Below are positions 25,897-30,331 of a DNA stretch of 30,331 bases, piece after piece; within the stretch, counting starts at the first letter, position 1, and every line of letters begins with the position of its first letter. Source of the DNA: Clostridiales bacterium. Lineage in GTDB: Bacteria; Bacillota; Clostridia; Lachnospirales; WQUN01. The stretch covers positions 1 to 30,331 of the forward strand of contig JAISRJ010000137.1 of NCBI GenBank assembly GCA_031273705.1. Direction: 5' to 3'. The notes under the pieces are model-generated. The model was given only the letters and a program-made list of their open reading frames with translations, had not been told where the DNA came from and made no database searches. The position numbers and the translations under genes were made by a program.

Positions 25897-27411
25897 ATGC
25901 GTATTCTTCGGATTCAAAATAAACCGGTAAAAATAATCTTACGAATATTAATTACGTTGATAGTCATTCTCGTTATTTTAGCGCTCGCGGCTTTCGCGTT
26001 TTTATATTTATATACGCCCGACAATTTAGCGGAAATGTATGAATACGACACAATAAAACGTTCGGATGTAAGCCAGCAAGTATTGACGACAGGTCATATC
26101 AGACCCTTTGATACACTCCCAATTTTTGTTGACACCGCGCAAAAAGTGGGTAAGGTACACGTAAAGCTCGGCGATACAGTGGAAGCCGGTCAGACGATCA
26201 TCACTTATGATGTAGCGAAGGAGCGAAACGATCTGCAACGCAAGATCGAATCCGCCAGATTAAATATTGAAAACGCGCGACTTAATTTGCAGAGTATATC
26301 CTTACCGGCGGAAGGAAACGAATTGCTGCAATACAACAGCGACGTAACGACAGCGGAATTTAATGTTCAGCAAGCGCAAAATAATATAAAGAATTTGGAT
26401 AAGAAGATAGAGCAGCAATTGAAGGCTCTGGAAACCGCGCAAGAAGATGTTGATAGAAACCAGTTTTTATATGATGCCGGAGAATTGCCCAAAGTGCAGT
26501 ACGACGCCTCTATAACCGTGCTGGAAAACGCGCAATTGGCATTGGAAGATCTGCAAATTACGCAAGAGTCCGGGCAGGACACACTGGAAACACGGCAGAC
26601 CCAATTACAAGACGCCCAGCAAAAACTGTCCAACGCGCAGGATAAAATGTCAGATGAAGCTAACACTATAAAGTATCGTCAACAAGAAATTAGTATTCAG
26701 TTGATAGAACAGCAGATTGCGCAATACGAAGCGGATATGGCTCTGTTTACAGACGAATCCGTCTCGCCTGCCGGCGGAATAGTTACGTCGGTAAATATCA
26801 GCGATGGAGGCATAGCTTCCAGAGGCGCGACATTGATCGAAATTGACGTTACAGAGAGTATAATAGCGGAAGCCGACGTAACCGAGTATGACGTACCCAA
26901 TTTAAAGGTCGGCATGGAATCGGACATTACATCCGGCGGACTGCCCGATAAGATATATAAGGCGCAGATCAGCAAAATCGCTGCGGAGGCTCAAGAGAAG
27001 GAAAAATCATCTGACGATGAAGTAATTGTGCCTGTGCAATTTACATTGACAGCGCCGGATGAAAATTTGAAAATAGGTTATACCGTGGATATTGCTGTAT
27101 ATACCGCAAAGCAAGAAGATGTGCTTGCTCTGCCGATTCAATCCGTGTTGCTCGAAGACGAGGGAGAGTTTGTATATGTATTCGATGGGGAGACATTGAC
27201 CAAAACGCAAATTTCCACAGGGTTCTATGGGGATTCATCTGTGGAAATTGTCTACGGTTTATCGACAGGCGATCGATATGTCATAAATCCTCTTAGTGTA
27301 AACATTCCAAAGGAAAACTGGTTCACAACCGCGCGGGATTGGCTGTACAATACCTTGATGCTATACACGCCGGATTATGCGCTAACCAAAATTAAAGAAC
27401 TAAAATCATAG
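25897..27411 (+). CDS. Efflux periplasmic adaptor / membrane fusion protein (HlyD/MacA-like)
   Basis: 504 aa: N-terminal TM, lipoyl half-motifs (VHVKLGDTVEAGQ; SPAGGIVTSVNI), long coiled-coil hairpin, beta-barrel (V.EYDV..LKVG, LKIGYTV), membrane-proximal domain (LALPIQSV...G...VEIVYGL..GD). Confidence 0.88.
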   Translation: MRILRIQNKPVKIILRILITLIVILVILALAAFAFLYLYTPDNLAEMYEYDTIKRSDVSQQVLTTGHIRPFDTLPIFVDTAQKVGKVHVKLGDTVEAGQTIITYDVAKERNDLQRKIESARLNIENARLNLQSISLPAEGNELLQYNSDVTTAEFNVQQAQNNIKNLDKKIEQQLKALETAQEDVDRNQFLYDAGELPKVQYDASITVLENAQLALEDLQITQESGQDTLETRQTQLQDAQQKLSNAQDKMSDEANTIKYRQQEISIQLIEQQIAQYEADMALFTDESVSPAGGIVTSVNISDGGIASRGATLIEIDVTESIIAEADVTEYDVPNLKVGMESDITSGGLPDKIYKAQISKIAAEAQEKEKSSDDEVIVPVQFTLTAPDENLKIGYTVDIAVYTAKQEDVLALPIQSVLLEDEGEFVYVFDGETLTKTQISTGFYGDSSVEIVYGLSTGDRYVINPLSVNIPKENWFTTARDWLYNTLMLYTPDYALTKIKELKS

Positions 27412-27420
27412 CTGTATTCC

Positions 27421-27467
27421 GATCCGCAAACTTGTAATTTGAGTATGCGGATCCTTATTTTTTCTTT
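27421..27467 (+). terminator. Intrinsic terminator after the exporter operon
   Basis: GATCCGCA...TGCGGATC stem with inner ACTT/GAGT pairing, followed by CTTATTTTTTCTTT. Confidence 0.7.
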
Positions 27468-27494
27468 CTAACAAATTGTTTTTGGACTATAGTC

Positions 27495-27525
27495 AATAAA
27501 GTAGGGCTGCTTTAGCAGCAGCCCT
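27495..27525 (-). terminator. Probable terminator for rhaA
   Basis: AGGGCTGCT-TTAGC-AGCAGCCCT (27503-27525) just past the rhaA stop, followed on the minus strand by ACTTTATT. Confidence 0.6.
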
Positions 27526-27530
27526 GAAAG

Positions 27531-28793
27531 TTATGCGGTTGGCGAACTATTTCTGTGTTGCAAAACGTCCTGTTCATACTGTTTTACATAAGAGAGCCAG
27601 CTTTCATTAGCCGGAACATTTTGATCTTCACAATAGGCAGTCCAGACTTCGCTGAATGGATATGTTTTTAATTCTTCCCGCAAAACCATCAGTTCGGTGA
27701 AGTCGGCATTGTCCTGAAGCTTTTTTAGATATTCCCAAGGGTGGAGCAAGGCGTTAAGGAGGGCTTTTTGTACACTGCGCGCGCCGACAACCCATGCGGC
27801 TACGCGATTTATAGAGGCGTCAAAAAAATCTAATCCGATAAGTACCTTGTCAGCCGCGTCGTTGCGGATTATCTCATTCGCTATCTCCTTAGTCTCATCG
27901 TCGAATAGAACCACATGATCCGAATCCCAATGAACAGAACGGGTGATATGTAGCGGTACTTTGTCAAAGAAAGCCAGCAAAGACGCGATTTTATCGCTTA
28001 CTTTTTCGTTCGGGTGGTAGTGACCGTTATCTAATAGATTATAGACGCTATTGTGACCGGCGGCATAACTCATGTAAAATTCATTACTGCCAACAGTATA
28101 GCTTTCAAGACCAATTCCAAAAACTTTACTTTCCACACTGTCTATCACGTTATCGAATTTCTCTGAAAAAATTTGATCCAAGCTGTCTTTAAGGCGCAGG
28201 CGAGGAGACAGGCGGTCGGCGGGGATGTCCTTTAAGCCGTCGGGAATCCATACATTATGCAGACAATATGTATTCAATTCTTTGGCGATAAAAGCAGCTA
28301 TTCTGCGGCAGGAGACGCCGTGATTTATCCAAAATTCTCTTATCTTTGGATCTGGATGCGAAAGGGTAAGCCCATCCTTTGCTTTTGGATGGCTGAAATA
28401 TGTAGAGTTAAAGTCTATGCCCAAACCTTTTTTCTTGGCGAAGCAAACCCATTTTGTGAAATGTTCAGGCTTAAGATTGTCTCTGTCGGCAGGTTCCCCG
28501 TCAAAGATTGCGTAACTGGCATGAAGATTAATGCGCTTCTTCCCAGGAATCAAGCTTATAGCTTTATCAAAGTCAGCCATTAGCTCATCGGGGGTGCGAG
28601 CCTTTCCGAAATAATTACCCGTCGCCTGAATGCCGCCGCTTAAAGACTGCCCTATGTTTTCAAAGCCATTTACGTCATCCCCCTGCCAGCAATGAATGGA
28701 GATGGGTATGGATTTTAAAACACTAATCGCGTCGCCGATATCAACGCCTATCCGGGCATACTTTTCTTTCGCGTTTAAGTATTGTGATTTCAT
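27531..28793 (-). CDS. rhaA: L-rhamnose isomerase
   Basis: 420 aa. ISIHCWQGDDV.GFE, ATGNY.GKART, NLHASYA, FSHP, HNVWIPDG.KDIPADR, VESKVFGIGLESYTVGS.EFY, LD.GHYHPNE, HITRSVHWDSDHVV, IGLDFFDASINR. Confidence 0.96.
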   Translation of the reverse strand: MKSQYLNAKEKYARIGVDIGDAISVLKSIPISIHCWQGDDVNGFENIGQSLSGGIQATGNYFGKARTPDELMADFDKAISLIPGKKRINLHASYAIFDGEPADRDNLKPEHFTKWVCFAKKKGLGIDFNSTYFSHPKAKDGLTLSHPDPKIREFWINHGVSCRRIAAFIAKELNTYCLHNVWIPDGLKDIPADRLSPRLRLKDSLDQIFSEKFDNVIDSVESKVFGIGLESYTVGSNEFYMSYAAGHNSVYNLLDNGHYHPNEKVSDKIASLLAFFDKVPLHITRSVHWDSDHVVLFDDETKEIANEIIRNDAADKVLIGLDFFDASINRVAAWVVGARSVQKALLNALLHPWEYLKKLQDNADFTELMVLREELKTYPFSEVWTAYCEDQNVPANESWLSYVKQYEQDVLQHRNSSPTA

Positions 28794-28823
28794 TAACGTC
28801 CTCCATGTAAACCTGTTAGCGAC

Positions 28824-28852
28824 ATTATACTACCTTGCCGCTAACTAAACAA
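28824..28852 (-). promoter_or_regulatory. SigA-type promoter for rhaA
   Basis: Minus strand TTGTTT (28852-28847)-N17-TATAAT (28829-28824); RBS GGAGG before the ATG. Confidence 0.6.
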
Positions 28853-28914
28853 CCCATGCATGCAAAAAAAATTAAACATTCGGCTTTTGTGGAACCGCTG
28901 CATATCCCATTTCC

Positions 28915-28951
28915 CTATTTTACTCAACCTATTTTACTCTCTATTTTACTC
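28915..28951. repeat. 3 x 11-bp direct repeat CTATTTTACTC
   Basis: Exact copies at 28915-28925, 28929-28939 and 28941-28951, between the divergent rhaA and tRNA promoters. Confidence 0.9.
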
Positions 28952-28955
28952 AATC

Positions 28956-28983
28956 TTGACAATATTAAAAGGAGAGTTATAAT
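28956..28983 (+). promoter_or_regulatory. Consensus SigA promoter for tRNA-Arg
   Basis: TTGACA-N16-TATAAT, 14 nt upstream of the tRNA 5' end. Confidence 0.85.
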
Positions 28984-28997
28984 AATCGTAGCCTTGC

Positions 28998-29070
28998 GCA
29001 TCTGTAGATCAGTGGATAGAGCGACCGCCTCCTAAGCGGTAGGCCGTGGGTTCGATCCCCGCCAGGTGCA
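28998..29070 (+). tRNA. tRNA-Arg (anticodon CCT, reads AGG); CCA not encoded
   Basis: Acceptor GCATCTG/CAGGTGC; D-loop AGTGGATA (A20 present); anticodon stem ACCGC/GCGGT with loop CT-CCT-AA; T-arm GTGGG-TTCGATC-CCCGC; discriminator A. Confidence 0.95.
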
Positions 29071-29194
29071 AGAGAAACGTTGATTTTACACTATTTGTCA
29101 GAAAGAAGAAGATTCAAAATTAAGTTAGTAAAATCAATTTGACGACTAATTTATAGTCAGAAAAACTGTCAGCATCAAATAGCTTGCTCCACGC

Positions 29195-29245
29195 GAACAA
29201 GGTCGGGTATCCTATGCAGATACCCGACCTTGTTCATATTCTTTA
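29195..29245 (+). terminator. Strong hairpin, probable terminator for the tRNA transcript
   Basis: Perfect 17-bp stem GAACAAGGTCGGGTATC-CTATGCA-GATACCCGACCTTGTTC followed by ATATTCTTT. Confidence 0.65.
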
Positions 29246-29292
29246 ATCTTATTAAATGCAACTTGTCGGTATAAATATTTTTTTCAATGAGC

Positions 29293-29321
29293 TTGACAAT
29301 GAAAATATATGGTGATATATT
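29293..29321 (+). promoter_or_regulatory. SigA promoter for the rrf2-iscS operon
   Basis: TTGACA-N17-TATATT with an extended -10 TG. Confidence 0.75.
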
Positions 29322-29331
29322 TAAAAAAATA

Positions 29332-29350
29332 AAACCAACTAGATTGGTTT
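29332..29350. promoter_or_regulatory. Putative Rrf2 (IscR/CymR-type) autoregulatory operator
   Basis: AAACCAA-CTAGA-TTGGTTT inverted repeat just downstream of the promoter -10. Confidence 0.45.
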
Positions 29351-29373
29351 ACATTGTTTAAGGATTGAGAATC

Positions 29374-29820
29374 ATGAAAATATCCACCAGAGGGCGTTAT
29401 GGACTTAAAGCCCTGATAGATATGGCGCGTCGCAAAGACGAAAAATGCGTTACTGTCGCAAGTATCGCGCAAAACCATGGAATATCGGAGCATTATTTAG
29501 AACAGCTTTTCGCGTCCCTTAAAAAGGCGGGTTTGGTTAAAAGCATTCGAGGTTCAGGCGGCGGATATGTTCTTTCAAAACCACCCGACGAAATTTCTGT
29601 CGGAGACATATTGCGGGTTTTGGAAAGAACTTTTATGACCGTCTGCGCTACGGACGACGAATCCACTCATGTTTGCGCGTCCGGTAATTGTTCTGTATGT
29701 GCCGCTAAACCTGTTTGGGATAAGTTATACGGAAGTATAAACAATATTCTGGAATCCTATAAATTATCAGATTTAGCAAACGGAGATCAAAAGGAGAGTA
29801 AAGATGCCGATATATTTTGA
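29374..29820 (+). CDS. iscR: Rrf2-family transcriptional regulator, IscR-like
   Basis: MKISTRGRYGL.A..DMA, HTH I...YLEQLF..LKKAGLVKSIRGSGGGY.L, Cys cluster in the C-terminal half; directly upstream of a cysteine desulfurase. ATG 29374 preferred over TTG 29365. Confidence 0.85.
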   Translation: MKISTRGRYGLKALIDMARRKDEKCVTVASIAQNHGISEHYLEQLFASLKKAGLVKSIRGSGGGYVLSKPPDEISVGDILRVLERTFMTVCATDDESTHVCASGNCSVCAAKPVWDKLYGSINNILESYKLSDLANGDQKESKDADIF

Positions 29821-30331
29821 CCATGCGGCTACGACTGCCGTTAGACCGGAAGTATTAGAAGCTATGATACCGTTTTTTTCAGAAAACTACGGTAATCCAT
29901 CCAGTGTTTATAGTATAGCCCGTTCCAACAAAAAGGCTCTTGAGCTTGCCCGTGAGCAAACTGCCGCGGCCTTGAACGCCGATCCGATAGAGATATTTTT
30001 TACAGGCAGCGGAACCGAAGCGGATAACTGGGCTATAATCGCAGGTACGGAATTAAAGGCGTTTAAAGGCAAGCACGTTATCACCAGCGCTATAGAACAT
30101 CATGCGGTTTTGCATACCTGCCGGTATTTACAAAAAAAAGGTATAGACGTAACATACCTGCCGGTTAGCGAGGATGGGGTTATCAGGCTATCCGATTTGG
30201 AAAAATCAATCAGACCTGACACTGTGTTAATTTCTATCATGACCGCAAATAATGAGATAGGTAGTTTACAGCCGATTGCCGAAATAGGACAATTGGCAAA
30301 AAATAAAGGTATTCTGTTTCACACCGACGCT
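29804..30331 (+). CDS. iscS: Cysteine desulfurase (IscS/NifS), N-terminal part only; runs off the window edge
   Basis: Translated by hand: MPIYFDHAATT...YGNPSS...FTGSGTEADN...SAIEHHAV...ANNEIGSLQPI...FHTDA. RBS AAGGAG; 17-bp overlap with rrf2. Confidence 0.95.
   Translation, partial: MPIYFDHAATTAVRPEVLEAMIPFFSENYGNPSSVYSIARSNKKALELAREQTAAALNADPIEIFFTGSGTEADNWAIIAGTELKAFKGKHVITSAIEHHAVLHTCRYLQKKGIDVTYLPVSEDGVIRLSDLEKSIRPDTVLISIMTANNEIGSLQPIAEIGQLAKNKGILFHTDA

Noticed and set aside
14546-28951. CRISPR array suggested by the various direct repeats (14546, 16962, 19724, 28915)
   Set aside because: Only 2-3 copies each, units of 10-16 bp, spacers of 0-3 bp, and no cas genes.
29143-29157. E. coli type-1 IscR site (GACT...AGTC)
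   Set aside because: The spacer is 7 nt rather than about 5, and the site lies upstream of the strong hairpin, far from the rrf2 promoter.
583-29493. Numerous short or antisense ORFs in the track (e.g. 2511-2777, 4726-5106, 10155-10613, 11126-11752, 13308-13799, 14998-15744, 23623-23934)
   Set aside because: They are shadows of well-supported genes on the other strand or frame, with no SD and no recognisable domains.

Overview
This is a chromosomal, housekeeping-rich window from a low-GC Gram-positive bacterium. A Clostridia/Lachnospirales-like origin is inferred from gene order, SigA promoters and SD sites. From left to right it holds: (1) a minus-strand operon of two GT-C-like (DUF2298/Chlor_Arch_YYY-type) membrane proteins flanking an FAD oxidoreductase; (2) uvrC, a Cache/HAMP chemoreceptor, then hprK-murB-rapZ-whiA-HPr-like-CNNM/hemolysin; (3) a densely structured 324-bp intergenic region; (4) ftsQ-ftsZ on the minus strand, divergent from a two-gene unit (CpaE/TadZ-like pseudo-receiver ATPase plus DUF6382-FHA protein) with no tad pilus genes nearby; (5) rpsT, queA, a Cof-type HAD hydrolase and a MacAB-like exporter whose permease appears to start at ATA; (6) a solitary rhaA, tRNA-Arg(CCT), and an Rrf2/IscR regulator with a partial cysteine desulfurase. 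No transposase, integrase, prophage gene or CRISPR array is visible. The best candidates for undescribed biology are the orphan CpaE-like/DUF6382-pseudo-FHA pair next to the division genes, the ~215-nt structured element between the hemolysin gene and ftsZ, and the GT-C/oxidoreductase operon. All family assignments come from motif recognition by eye, with no database searches.
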